A stretch of DNA of 64,000 bases from Octopus sinensis. Lineage: Eukaryota. The position numbers and the translations under genes were made by a program. The notes beneath the pieces are model-generated. The model searched no databases, was not told where the DNA came from, and was given only the letters and a program-made list of their open reading frames with translations. Of this stretch, positions 12,531 to 24,991 are shown piece after piece; positions within the stretch are counted from its first letter, which is position 1, and each line of letters starts with the position of its first letter. Where the stretch lies: assembly GCF_006345805.1 (NCBI RefSeq), contig NC_043006.1, positions 68,262,001-68,326,000 of the forward strand, in the 5' to 3' direction.

Positions 12531-13454
12531 ATATATATGTATGTATAATGGGGAGGCACAATGAGTAAGATTTACTGCATTTTTTACTTTGAGAAAAAAT
12601 ATTTTATACAAATGTTCACTACCTTTGGAGAAGCAAATGATCTCCAAATGCATTAAAAACACTATAACATATTCTGAACGCTATTTCAGAAAATTATCTG
12701 TTTTCATTGAGTATATAAAAGACAAATTTGGGTGAGGCAAAATGAGTGAGACAAGATAAACTAAATTTGTTTCTTTAATTCTCCAGAATTACATTGGAGA
12801 AAAGACTCAACCACATCAATATTGATCCTTAGACAACTGGAAGGTCAGAAATTCAATGAAAATTTTAAATAACATGGTCAAATTGAAAGAGGATCGTGGA
12901 AAAATGACACATGGTATGAAGTTAATGAAACCTGACTAAATCTAAAAGCTCAACATAGAATATTCTCTATGATTTGTCAGAGTGACTCTCTTTATGTGAT
13001 ATGCAGTTAAGAAAAGTGACTGAAATTAGCTATTACTCATTTTGCAATGCTACAGCTAAATATTATTCAGTAAATTCGCCTTGTTTCTTTATTACAGCCT
13101 TAAGTTTACCAGGCCTTTGTTCAACAGTGGTTCAGTTTAGACATTTTGTTTTTACATCAGTGTGGGAAAATTGGCTTCCAACAGAGAAAAGAATATTGAT
13201 TGTTAAACACCAAAAACTATCCAGATTTTTATCAATAGTTTCGCTTACAATTGGGTCAAGATTGAGGAAAAATTTCTTTAAAAAAATGTACATGTAACCT
13301 GTTTCAAACTCTCTCAACTTCAACAACTACAATTACGTTGACCAACTTTTGCTCCCTAAGATGATGATAACAGTACAAAATGATAGTGCAATATTTGCAA
13401 TGTAATATCTGTGGGACTTCCTTCTTTTCCTCCTTTTCTATTAAAGACACAAAG

Positions 13455-13625
13455 TCTGAAATTTTGGGGGAAGGGACTAGTTGATTACATCAACCCCAGT
13501 GTTTCACTAGTACTTAATTTACCAGCCCCGAAAGGATGAAAAGCAAAGCTGACCTCGGCAGAGTTTGAACTCAGAATGTAGCGACTTCACCTGGCATGCT
13601 AACAATTCTGCCGGCTTGCTGCCTT
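13455..13625 (-). mobile_element. Cephalopod SINE (same head/central domain as 52024-52253, different tail)
   Basis: The reverse complement contains the B-box-like gagttcaaa and the central gaggtcagctttgcttttcatcctttcgggg. Further copies at ~39935-40135, ~43560-43930, ~47710-47900 and ~49230-49450. Confidence 0.7.
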
Positions 13626-15571
13626 TATGCTTGTGAGTAATAATAGCATTAAGAGTTCAAAAATGAATTGAACATTGAATTTTCAAAAGTATTCACACAA
13701 AGGAGTTCTCTTAAAGAGAAATACTTGAACTGTATCAGGTAGCTTGATAAGACGACTAGTTTTTCTGCTTATCACATCTTTGTAATAATACTACCTTTTT
13801 TTCTTTGAAGTCTTTCCATAAAACTTACTAATGATTGAATATACGGATATCTGATTGGTTGGGTCATTTTATGAAAAGATTTTACTCCAGCATAAACAGT
13901 TGAGACCACTCTGATTTATTTTTAGAGACACAGCTATTGACACAACAAATAAAAAAACATTAACCTCAGTAAACGTTTTTATATATTATATCAATCCAAG
14001 TTTGATTGCACAATTCTGTAGCCTTGAGTTGACAAACACTTAGACTGAATAACTTGGTTGATAGAAACCTGTTATACAGGAGTAGGTGTGGCTGTATAGT
14101 TAAGTAGCTTGCTCCTGAACCACATGTCTTGGGTTTAGTCCCACTGCATGGTAGCTTGGCCAAGTATCTTCTACTATGGCCTTAGGTGACCCAAGCCTTT
14201 TGAATAGATGGAAACTGAAAGAAGTATGTATATATATTTATATATATACATATAATGAAGATTCAGTTGAATTAGGTACTTAAGTTGAAGCACCAAGTCA
14301 GTCTGGTATTATCCGTACAACCCAAAGTAAGGTGAATAAAATAAAATAAGCAACAGGATATCATGAAGTGATGCAGTACAACCGTTTCAAGCAGCTCCGT
14401 TTAATTGAACAACGCAATCATTACATCAATTTAAACGCAGAGCTATCCTTTGCTGCACAAATAAATAAATTAAATTTTAATCAGTCGGACACATTAATAT
14501 AATTTTACTCAAATACTCTAACAGAGCAAGAAGATAGAAAAAAATCATGTTGCCACTAATGTAGCTAAGAATATACTACATTTTCAAGAAGTTTGTTGGG
14601 GTCATAGCTTGTAAAAGATTTTGGTTCATTTTAATTTATTAATCTTTTTTTATCAACTACTAAATTTAAGACTGTGTCTGTTTAGAATGGAAGGCAGGAA
14701 TGAGTTGACAGCTCATAGCTAGGTATGGTCATAAATATTGTCAAGAATTTAGGAGTAGTATAAAGTAACTGTCTATAAAGGAGGCTGGGTAGGGGAAGAC
14801 TCCCAATCAAGATGTTAATTACCAATTAAGGAGGCATGATGCTAATAAAACCTATGATGTTAATACAGAGTAAAAATTTTATCATGGGGTACTATGGGTG
14901 ATTGTTTATAAACAATTCTGATATGTTGTATAAAGATAAAATTTAAGATTATCAAAAATTATATCATAACCAAAATATATAAAATGTGTATATATATACC
15001 AGAAATGGCGGTGCCCCAGCATGGCCACAGCTCATTAGCTGAAACTGGAAAAATCAAAAAATCAAAAAATCAAAATCATACCAAATTTTCAACATTACAT
15101 AGAAGATTACATAGAATCAGTTTAATATTCATGTACAAAAATATTTACTTATTAGGTGGTTTCTATAAAGACTGCTCTGGGTATTTACTTACGGAATACT
15201 GGAGAGATAAAACATGCTATCTATATAATAATTATAAGTTAAGAATCAGATAAAAAAATGTTGTGTACAGATACATACACATATTCATTTATGTGCACAC
15301 ATGCAAATATACACAAATATTTATACGTTATTATGGATATGTCAATCAACTCAGACTTAAATAACTAGAAAGTATGTATCTCTAAGAACAGTAACAACTT
15401 AAAAGGGATAAGAGCATATAAGATAAGATATAGGTAAGGATATCAAAAATAAGAAAAAAACGAAGAATTTATAGAGAATAGTATAAAATATATCTAACTT
15501 ACATTTAAAGAGACAAAGTATCAAAATTTGAGGAAGAGATAAAGAAAACTCCAAAGAGGAATAAAATAGGT

Positions 15572-15654
<83 letters not shown>

Positions 15655-16844
15655 TTGGGTTGTCCGCAAAGTGCATGCCAGTGTTTAAAGGAAAGAAAAA
15701 GGTCAATAAATACTTGCCATTACATTTTTAATCAGCCAAATACGAACCATTCTTTTTACGTCATCCAAGGAATTGAAATTTTTACCATTAAAACTATTTT
15801 GCAGAGACCTGAATAAGTGGAAATCCGAAGGAGCAATATCTGGTGAATATGGAGGGTGGGGTAACACATAACAGCCGAGCTGCATCAATTTTTGTCTGGT
15901 TCCCAAAGAAACGTGCGGTCTTGCAATTATCATGTTGGAAAACAACACCCTTCCTGTTGGCCAATTCTGGACGTTTCTCTTGAATTACTGCTTTTAACTC
16001 ATCCAGTTGTGTGCAGTATTTCTCAGAATTAATTGTCTGGTTACTTGGGTGAAGCTCATAGTACAGAATTCCTTTCCAATCCCACCAGACACAAAGCAAG
16101 ACTATTTTAGGGTGAAGACCCGCTTTTGGAGTGGCTAAGGGTGGCTCATATCGCTTACTCCAGAATCGCTTTCTCTGAACATTTTGGTAGATAATCCATT
16201 TCTCATCACCAGTCACAATTTACTTTAAAAAAGGCGCATTTTCCTTCTGTTATTAAGCGAATCACAGATGGAAATGTGATCCAAAAGGTTCTTCTCACTC
16301 AACTCATGTGGTACTCAAACATTGCAGCGATTTGTGTACCCAAGCTTTACCAGGTGGTCATGAATGATGGATTTTGATAGGTTGAGGCTTTCTGCCAATT
16401 CTTGGGTTGTGCAATGTGGGTTATTCTCAATTAATGACTTGATTTGGTCATCATCTGTAGTGGATGGTCTGCCTGATTGCTCTTTATCAATAAGTCTACA
16501 ATCTTCAGATCAAAACCATGCGAACCACTTCCATATAGTTCTTTCGGATAAAGAAACATCACCGTAAACTGCACATATTTCTTTGGTTGCTCATGAGGTA
16601 TTTTTCCCTTTACATAAAAAGAAAAGCATCAAGTGCCGAAAATGAACTTTCTTATCTTCCATTTTAAAGGGTTACAGAATTAACACTGGTTATAGGAACA
16701 TAGACCTTCTTCCGCAAAAAGATAGCTTAAACTGTGGTCTAAATGGAAGTGTAGTCAAATCCTATTTTATGGACTCAACTATGTTCTAAAATAAGTTGAA
16801 AGGTAAGCTACTATAAATCGGCACGAACTTTCCGGACAACCCAA
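15655..16844 (-). mobile_element. mariner (DD34D, Mos1/Hsmar-type) transposon, degenerate
   Basis: TIRs ttgggttgtccgcaaagtgcatgcc / ggcacgaactttccggacaacccaa with TA flanks. Transposase motifs VTGDEKWIIY, FQHDN and HPPYSPDIAPSDFHLF occur across frameshifts. Confidence 0.92.
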
Positions 16845-16869
16845 TATATATATATATATATATCAATAT

Positions 16870-17068
16870 GTGGCAGTGTGTGTATCATTGGCGATTTTCT
16901 TTTTCCATCTTCCCTTCTTTGGAGTTTTTCTATATTTCTGACGAAGAGCTCCACTCAAAACATGAAATACTTTTTCTTTTCTTTCCTTTCCTGAGCGTCC
17001 AATGACACTGTACTTGTTCCATGTCCTTGCATTGTTGCTTTTTCTTGCTTGTTCATGTTTGGATTAAC

Positions 17069-17070
<2 letters not shown>
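16870..17070 (+). mobile_element. Penelope-like terminal repeat fragment with degenerate hammerhead-like core
   Basis: CTGACGA at 16938 followed by gagc-tcc-actc and aaaac. A homologous fragment lies on the minus strand at ~34095-34198. Confidence 0.4.
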
Positions 17071-17120
<50 letters not shown>

Positions 17121-17129
17121 CAGTAGTTT

Positions 17130-18030
17130 CAGATTAGAGCTGTGGCATGCTGGAGCATTGCCATTTTACTACACTGTTTTTACTGAGAGTCTCCTCTAAT
17201 ATGTGGCACTTGGTGAAGAATGGAGTTTGATGTAGCTAGCCTTATTTGCACCTCTTGCTGTGATGTAGGTTCATCTGGAACTCTTGACAGGAAGAGGTCC
17301 AGCCTTGATTTGAAAACGCCTATATCCACTTTGTGTAGGTTCTTCAGGCTCTTTGGGAGAATATTAAAAAGCTGTGGGCCCTGAAACCCAGGCTGTTGCA
17401 GTAACTGGTCCTGAAGCACGATGGTATTGCTGGGATCTTTGGTACTATGCAGTGTCAACCTGTTCTAGCATTAGTGTAGCTTTCAATGCCAAAATTTGGC
17501 ACAGTTCCTTCCAGGATCTTCCAGATATATATTACTGCATACCTCTCCTGCCCTCTCCCCAGGGAGTAGAGCCTTAGCTGTTTCAACCTTTCTCAGTAGA
17601 TGAGCTGTTGCAAAGAGATGATCTTCTTTGTGAAGCTTCAAGGTCCACTGTTAATTTTACACTGTTGGGTGCCCATAGCTGGAAGCAGTAATCCAGGTGG
17701 CTGAGGATGAATGTCCTCCAGAGGACTATCATGGTTTCCTTTTCTCTGGTTATGAATGTTCTCAGGATTCATCAAGCCATCAAGCCAGTCATCTGCACTT
17801 TATCACCATCCTGGTAATGTGCACTTGGAAAGCGGTATCGTCACTCATGTTGATACCCAGGTCCATCAGTGATTTAGTCTCTGGGATTGTAATCCCCTGT
17901 GAACCAGTGTACCCTGTAAGTTTCAATTTCAGTTTAGGATGCTGGTAACACAGGGCTTTGAATTTTTCAGCATTAACCTGCATGTTATTATCCTCAACCC
18001 ATCTGTAAATTGAATCCAACTGCTACTGCA
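17130..18030 (-). mobile_element. CR1/L2-group LINE 3' fragment (RT C-terminus + tail)
   Basis: NNMQVNAEKFK, DLGINMSDD, FQGPQLFNILPKSLKNL and FKSRLDLFLSRVPDEP occur in broken frames. Confidence 0.8.
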
Positions 18031-19657
18031 GGTGCGCAACATTGCTGGAGTTCTGTAATTACAAAGGTATCAAATTGTTGGATCAGGTGATGAAAGTTAC
18101 AGAGAGGGTCATAGCTCAACTAATTAGAGAGAGAGTTAATCTAGATGAAATGCAGCTTGGCTTTGTGCCAGGGAGAAGCACCACTGATGCTATATTTCTG
18201 GTAAGGAGGCTGCAGAAGAAATACTTAACCAAAGATAAACCTCTGTATTTGGTTTTTGTCGACTTGAAGAAAGCCTTTGACAGGGTCCCCCGATCTGTTA
18301 TCTGGTGGTAAATGCAGAAACTAGGGATAGACGAGTGGTTGGTGCAAGTTGTATAAGCCATGTACAGGAAAACTACCAGTAAGGTGAGGTTTGGCAATAA
18401 GTAAAGCAAAGAATTCAGGGTACAAGTAGGGGTTCACCAACAAGTAGGGGTCCTCAGCTCCCTATTGTTCCTCATAGTCCTCGAGGTAATAACAGAGGAA
18501 TTTAAGACAGGTTGCCACTGGGAGCTTCTTTATGCTGATGAGCTTGTTCTTATTGCTGAATCACTACCAGAACTAGAGAAGAGGTTTCAGGTATGGAAGC
18601 AAGATCTAGAATCAAAGGGCCTTAGAGTTAACCTTGCAAAAACCAAAGTCTTAGTAAGTAGGAAGGCAGACAAATCACAAATCCCTTTAGGAAGATGGCC
18701 CTGCTTGATCTGTAGAAAAAGCATAGGTAGAAACTCCATAAGATGTATGGATACATAAGAGATGCAGTAATATAAGAGGAAGGTTAACAGGGAAAATAGC
18801 TTTTGTGGGTAAGCCAGAAGAAGTAGATAGCTTCCATTATCTATGTGACCAAGTTAGTAGTGGAGGTTGATGCTTTGAGAATGTAGCAGTCAGTGACAAT
18901 AAGAGCAAAGTTCAGAGAGCTCCTACCTCTGCTGGCAATAAAGGGCCTCTCCTTCAGAGTGAAAGGAAGATTGTATGATACCTGTGTGCAAATAGCTATG
19001 CTATATGGCAGTGAAACAGGAGCTGTGACAGCTGAGGATACGTGTAGGTTTGAAAGAAATGAAGCTAATATGCTTCGCTGGACTTACAATGTCAGCGTGC
19101 ATGTTCGACAGAGTGTAAGCATATTGAGAGAAAAGTTGGGCATAAGAGGCATCAGATGTGATGTACAAGAGAAACAACTGTACTGGTATGGTCATGTGAT
19201 GCGTATGACTGAGGACAGCCGTATAAAGAAGTGCTTATTTCTAACTGTGGAGGGCATCTGTAGTAGAGGTAGACCCAGGAAGACATGGGACAAGGTGGTG
19301 AAGCATGATCTTCAAACTTTGGGCCTGGCAGAGGCAATGACTGGTGACCAAGACTGTTGATGACATGTTGTGCTTGAGAAAACCTGTCAAGTCAAGTGAA
19401 ATCATAGTTGTGGCTGATGTTGGTATCACATAACTGGCACCTGTGCTGGTGGCATGTAAAAAACACCTTTCGAGTGTTGAGCTTCACAGAGGCAAAGTGG
19501 CTGGTGCTGGTATCACGTGAAAACTCCTTTTGAATGTTGGACCTTACAGAGACAATGACTGAGACCTTTGGCATTATGTCCTCTAGCTTGCCAGCCCTAG
19601 TCAAATCTTCCAACCCATGCCAGCATGGACAATGGATATTAAATGATGATGATGATA
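18030..19657 (+). mobile_element. RTE-clade LINE, 5'-truncated and degenerate, with (GAT)n tail
   Basis: NYKGIKLLDQVMKV, GFVPGRSTTDAIF, FVDLKKAFDRVP, LLYADELVL, LYGSET, WYGHVMRM and RGRPRKTW. The 3' UTR ends atgatgatgatgat. Confidence 0.9.
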
Positions 19658-19899
19658 CACAAACATACATAATATGGGTGATATTTTCAGCCAAGTCATT
19701 ATAATCATATCTTATTTTTCAAGTGTTCCAATTCTGTGTATGTACATAGATTTGCTAGATTGCTGACAATTATTAATAGCTTTCCCCATTGTGTTGATGT
19801 GCCATTTTTTATCATTAATAAAACTGTTGGCATTTTTGCTAACATGGGGATGCTAGTGTACGTGTGTGTGTATATATATATATATATATATGTACATAT

Positions 19900-22583
19900 A
19901 GAGGGAAAGCAAGAAAAATAAATGAAAATGCACATTGTGATGATTTGAACCAATCTCAGCAGGAAGTATTTTTCTGCAATATACACATGACCATGTCAAC
20001 ACTTCTGCTCGGAGTCGTTTACCGTCCCCCAAATTATCGCCAAGACGCACAGCTTTTTGATATCCTCAGAGCTGCTGCCATGAAAACAGCCACATATGTG
20101 TATATTGCGAGCGACTTCAATTTCCCTGAGATTGACTGGGAGGCCTTCCGTTGGCCGCAAAGTGCAGACGATTTCCTTGAACTGGTGCTGAATTCAAATT
20201 GGTCCCAAGTTGTTACCTCCCCCACAAGGGGTAACAGCACTTTGGATCTGCTACTTACCGCTTCTTCTGAAACAATCATTAGTGTCTCTACCGAAGAACC
20301 TTTAGGTGACTCTGATCATTCCATGATCATGGCCGACTTGTCTCTGATTGGTTGTTACAAAAAACACAACCATCTTCAGACTGCCCGCTTTGACTGGAAT
20401 AAAGCAAACTGGAGCTCTTATTGTACTGAGCTGCAATGCCCAAACTGGCACGAATTTTATGCCTCTGGAGATGTGGACACTATACTCCATAACATTCTGA
20501 ATTCAATATGGGCAGCATGTGCAGCATCAGTACCATGTGCAGCATCAGTACCATGCAAGCACAAAAAACCACCCAGGAAAGAACGCCGTAATGCTGAACA
20601 GGAATACAAATTGCACAAATCAGAGAGCAACAGGAAAAAGTGCAATAGGTCAGCCAACCACCTCAAGCAGGTGACAAAAAAGGCAGTGCTTGAATTTGAA
20701 TAACGCATTGCAGCTAACCCTGACAGCAAAGTGTTCTGGAAGTATGTGCACTCAAAGCAGAGACCCCACTCTCCAGTTGGTCCCCTTCGCAATCCCCACA
20801 CAGGACAGATTACTGGCAATCCCGAAGAATGTGCAGAAATCATTGCTGGATGCTATGCCGGCATCTTTACTGTGGAAGACCAAAATGTTCCATCTTCATC
20901 ACCACTGACATCGGACTCAATATCTACAATGCAATTTACACCAGCAATGCTGCAACGCCACCTTAAGAATAAACGCAATTATGCCTCTCCTGGTCTCGAT
21001 GGTGTTACATACCTACTTCTCAAACGTGGTGGGTACTTTCTTCTAAGCCAACTTTCTCTATTCTTCCAATTCTGTCTTGACAATGGTGTTACTCCAGAAC
21101 AGTGGAAAACTGCCAGTGTCATCCCTCTGTTCAAAAAAGGCGACCGCACATTGCCTGTCAACTATCGCCCCGTCAGTCTTACTAGCTGCATCGCAAAACT
21201 GATGGAATCCTGTATCAGAGAAACACTCTGGAACTTCTGGAAGTCTCACAGCCTCATCCAGCCGTCACAATTCGGATTTATTCCTAACTCCAGCTGCTGT
21301 AATCAACTCATCGAGTTTCTTGAGGACGTTACCTAAATCACTGATCGCGGATCCTGGGTGGATGTTGTTTACCTGGACTTTGCTAAGGCTTTTAACTCTG
21401 TGCCACACAAAAGACTTATGGTGAAGCTTTCTGCGTTGGGTGTAAGAGATGAACTCTATAACTGGTTGAAGTCCTTTATTTTTGGCCGAAAAGAGGTTGT
21501 CACAGTTCTAGGACAGCACTCTTTGCCCTATGAGATGACATCTGGTGTACCACAGGGATCTGTTCTTGGCCCCCTTTTATTTGTTGCATATGTTAATGAC
21601 ATAGATGCCAACTTAAAGAATGCCACAGTGCTGAAATATGCAGATGACATCAAGCTGTACCTCGAAATAAAGAGGTCAAATCCTGTACACTATAGATCTC
21701 TATTGCAAGCAGACCTAGACACAATGCAGCAGTGGATCATGGACTGGCAACTCAAGCTGGCTGTGGACAAATGTACCACCATGCATTTTGGGAGGAGAAA
21801 CCCAGCGTTCACCTACTCCCTCCACAACACTAGTCTCAAAAAGTCTTCATGTGAACGTGACCTGGGTGTTATTGTCGACAGTGATTTGCGTTGGACAAAA
21901 CACATCACTAAAATTGTCAAGAAGGCTGAGGGTGTCTTGGCATCACTCACCAAATCCTTTGTGAGCCACTCTCCGGCTATCTATCTGCGGCTTTATATAG
22001 CTATGGTAAGACCTCACCAGGAATTTGCATCACCGGTCTGGAACCCCTATCTTGCCCAAGATATCAATCGTCTGGAAGCTGTTCAGCGACGTGCAACCAA
22101 AAGAATACCCTCCATCAGGCATTTGCCATATCCTGAACGCCTTACTTCCCTGGGCATGGACACATTGAAACTCCGACGTCTGGCAGCTGACTTGGCAGAC
22201 ACTCATAAAATTATCAACCATCGTACAAACAATAACTCTGAGCACCTTTTCAAACTCCACCCATCTAACACCCGTGGACATATTTACGAAGTCAGAAAAC
22301 AGCACAGCTCCCATGACTTCAGGAAACATTTTTTCATGCTGAGAGTTGCTGAAGCATAGAACAAACTGCCGGCATCAGTTGTTAGTTGTCGGAGCACTGC
22401 ATCCTTCAAAACTTCCATGCTTTCTGAGATTCGCCAACACTACACTTGATTTTCTCCCCTCCATACACACACAAGCATGAATCTGACTCATACATTACAT
22501 TACTGCATGTACTTTATATGCACTATCTGACAAGTTGTGGTGCACCTGAGCACTGTATACAATAATTTCATTATTATTATTAT
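19900..22583 (+). mobile_element. CR1-like LINE, 5'-truncated, ORF2 (APE + RT) nearly intact
   Basis: ORFs 19864-20703, 20731-21336 and 21358-22359 share one frame, broken only by stop codons. APE motifs GVVYRPP, SDFNFP and GDSDH; RT motifs NYRPVSLTS, YLDFAKAF, GVPQGSVLGPLLF and YADD. Tail is (ATT)n. Confidence 0.92.
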
Positions 22584-23022
22584 AAATCAAGAGAAGAAAA
22601 GGCTTTTTATGAAAAGTAACGATAGACATATACAATTAGAGGAATTGAGGAAGTAATAAAAGTCATTATTGTGAATTGTTAAAGAGATTCAAGCATACTG
22701 GTTTTGTATGTTACAAATCATTGCTTTGAATACAACTATTCATTGCTTTGAATGAATAGCAATGAATAGTGTAGAACATTTTGGTTGTTTTGCTAAATTT
22801 TTCTTGAGAACATTTCTTAGTGGTAAGACCATAGCGGATCTATTTCTAGCATAAGGGTGTCCACATAGTGGTCTCCCTCCAATATGTATATAATACAATT
22901 TTACTGAACATTCAATTTTTTTATATGCTAGACCACTGGTGTGAAATCGATGTTAATTAAATTAATATCTAATTTCTCACCGTCATTTTAAATTCATATA
23001 TATATATATATATATATATATA

Positions 23023-23446
23023 AATGAATGTTTTTATATATAATGAACGTGAAATACAGGAAGGGACGAACACGGAACACAGACAAATCATTCGAAGCCT
23101 TCAACCTTCAGTCAGAAACCGAATCATCATAGCAAATTTCGGCTGTTCAATTCTGATATTTGCTCCAACTCGGCCAGCCCCAAGAAAAAAACTAAGCTGT
23201 AAGCATTAGATTTCTTGGTAGAAGACAGGAATGTGAACACACAAGACGGATGTAAATACAAGAGACGAAAACGAAAAAATTGAAAACAAGAGACGAAAAC
23301 GAAAAAATTGAAAACAGTAATGAATAAACAAAATATATATAACGGTGGTTGTCATACGACTTTAGACCAAATGAGACAAAACAACAACAACATAGCAGCT
23401 GGCGTAGAAATAATTACCGTTTCGGTAGCGGGGACACGTGTTGGTC
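23023..23446 (+). repeat. Host repeat segment A (left copy), ending in the target duplication
   Basis: Near-identical to 30524-30916. Carries an internal 28-bp duplication at 23258-23313 and is preceded by (TA)n. Confidence 0.9.
23428..23446 (+). repeat. 19-bp target-site duplication gcggggacac(a/g)tgttggtc, copy 1 of 5
   Basis: Other copies at 24973-24991, 26711-26729, 28448-28466 and 30182-30200; uninterrupted target at 30898-30916. Confidence 0.95.
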
Positions 23447-24972
23447 TATTTCTTTATTACCCACTAGGGGCCACGAAGAGGGAACATTACAAAACATGGG
23501 GGACATAAAACAATGCGATTAAAATTATGATTAAATGAATGTTAAAATGAAAAAATGATAACATGAAAGCGATGCTAACGGCCCCCTCCGCCAGCATCAC
23601 TTACCTTTCCGTTTCCTATCACGATTCCAAGTTTTTCACCTCACCTTTCATTTCTCTCTCATATCTCTCTATCATATCATCCTTCATAAATGCTGATAAA
23701 CAATTTATACGTAGTTCATTGCACTTGCTCATCGAAGAGCCCATGAGTTCAAAATCGAATACCGCATAGCTTCCGTCCTCATACTCCTGCCATACATCGT
23801 CTTCAAAAAGCCTTCTTGCGTTCTCAGTATCCCCCTTCCCCACAACACATAAAAAGTAGGACTGGGGCTTTTGTATGTTCTGTGTGTCTGTTTTCGTTTT
23901 TCTTGTAGGCGGGGAGTGGGTGGGATTGCTGTTTGCAGGGGCAGGATGGGTCTCCAAGGGTGTGGGTGGTATTGGGGTGGGTTGGGGCTTCGCACAGTTT
24001 TTCCTTTTCTTTCCTTTTCTCTTCTTTCTGCCCTCCTCACACTCTTTTTGCATCTCCTCCTACTCTGTCATTTCCCTTTCCGTCTGCTTCTCTTTAATTT
24101 CTTCTTCTTTTGGGGCCTCCTCTTTTGGAGTTTCTTCAACGATTTCCTTTTCTCTTGGTGGGGGAGGGCAGAAGGCTACTTTCTCCTCGTGGCCGCTGAT
24201 CACAGCCGCCACAATCCACTCAGCCTCAACGTTTGGTGGCACTCCCTCCACCCTTACTCGTGTAATCCTTCTATTCAAGTACATTGGTAAAAGTGTTACC
24301 TTTTCTGACTTCACTGTCTTCACCGCCATCTTCCTCGCTGCAGTCTCGCTTTTAAAATGTACCACTACAGTACCGTACTTCGATCCTCGAGTCAGAAAAA
24401 TGATTTCCTCCTCCGATCTTCTCAGGGCCTCCTCTATCCATTCCATGTTTATAATTTCTATTTTCTTTCTTTCGTTCGCGAACACCCTGTAAATTATGGT
24501 CCTTTTATTGTACCATTCCTTTCTCTTTGGTGGTGGTTCCAGTTCCACCTCGCCGCTGTCCTTCCTCATATACCTCTGGAAACCTGGCAATTTTTCTAGG
24601 TTTATTTCTTTTTCCTGTTCCGTCTTCTTTTTTGCAACTCCTGCGTACGTTTTCCTGTTTTTTGTCTCCACATTATTTACATCACCGATTTGCTCGTCTT
24701 CAGAGTTCGATGTCTCCGACAAGCTCTCAAATATCCATTCCTCCTCCGACTCCCCCACTAGGGAGTGGTCATCCATTTCCTCCTGTCTGACGGGCCGAAA
24801 ACGGCCGCCAAAACAGAAAAAGTGTAACGCGCAGAACCAGCGGAACGCGAAACCGCTTCAACGCCGTTCAAAATTTCCACAACAACAACAATTCTTTTTG
24901 ATCTTTTTTACCGAATTTTACGAGCGTAAAAAAACACGACCGAACTCAAACTGACGAACAGACAACTGATCC
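23447..24972 (-). mobile_element. ORF1-only element, array unit 1 (defective)
   Basis: Homologous to units 2-4. Has a 189-bp in-frame deletion removing the CCHC knuckle, a TAG at ~24060 and a 1-bp deletion near the ORF end. Confidence 0.9.
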
Positions 24973-24991
24973 GCGGGGACACATGTTGGTC

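Noticed and set aside
23060-23200. snoRNA, tRNA, U4atac/U7-like or hammerhead motif in host segment A (minus strand ATGATGA, CTGA, TGGCCGAGTTGG, CTGAAGA)
   Set aside because: No terminal box D, no cloverleaf or properly spaced B box, no Sm site, and the CTGAAGA motif is not conserved between the two A copies. Left as unidentified.
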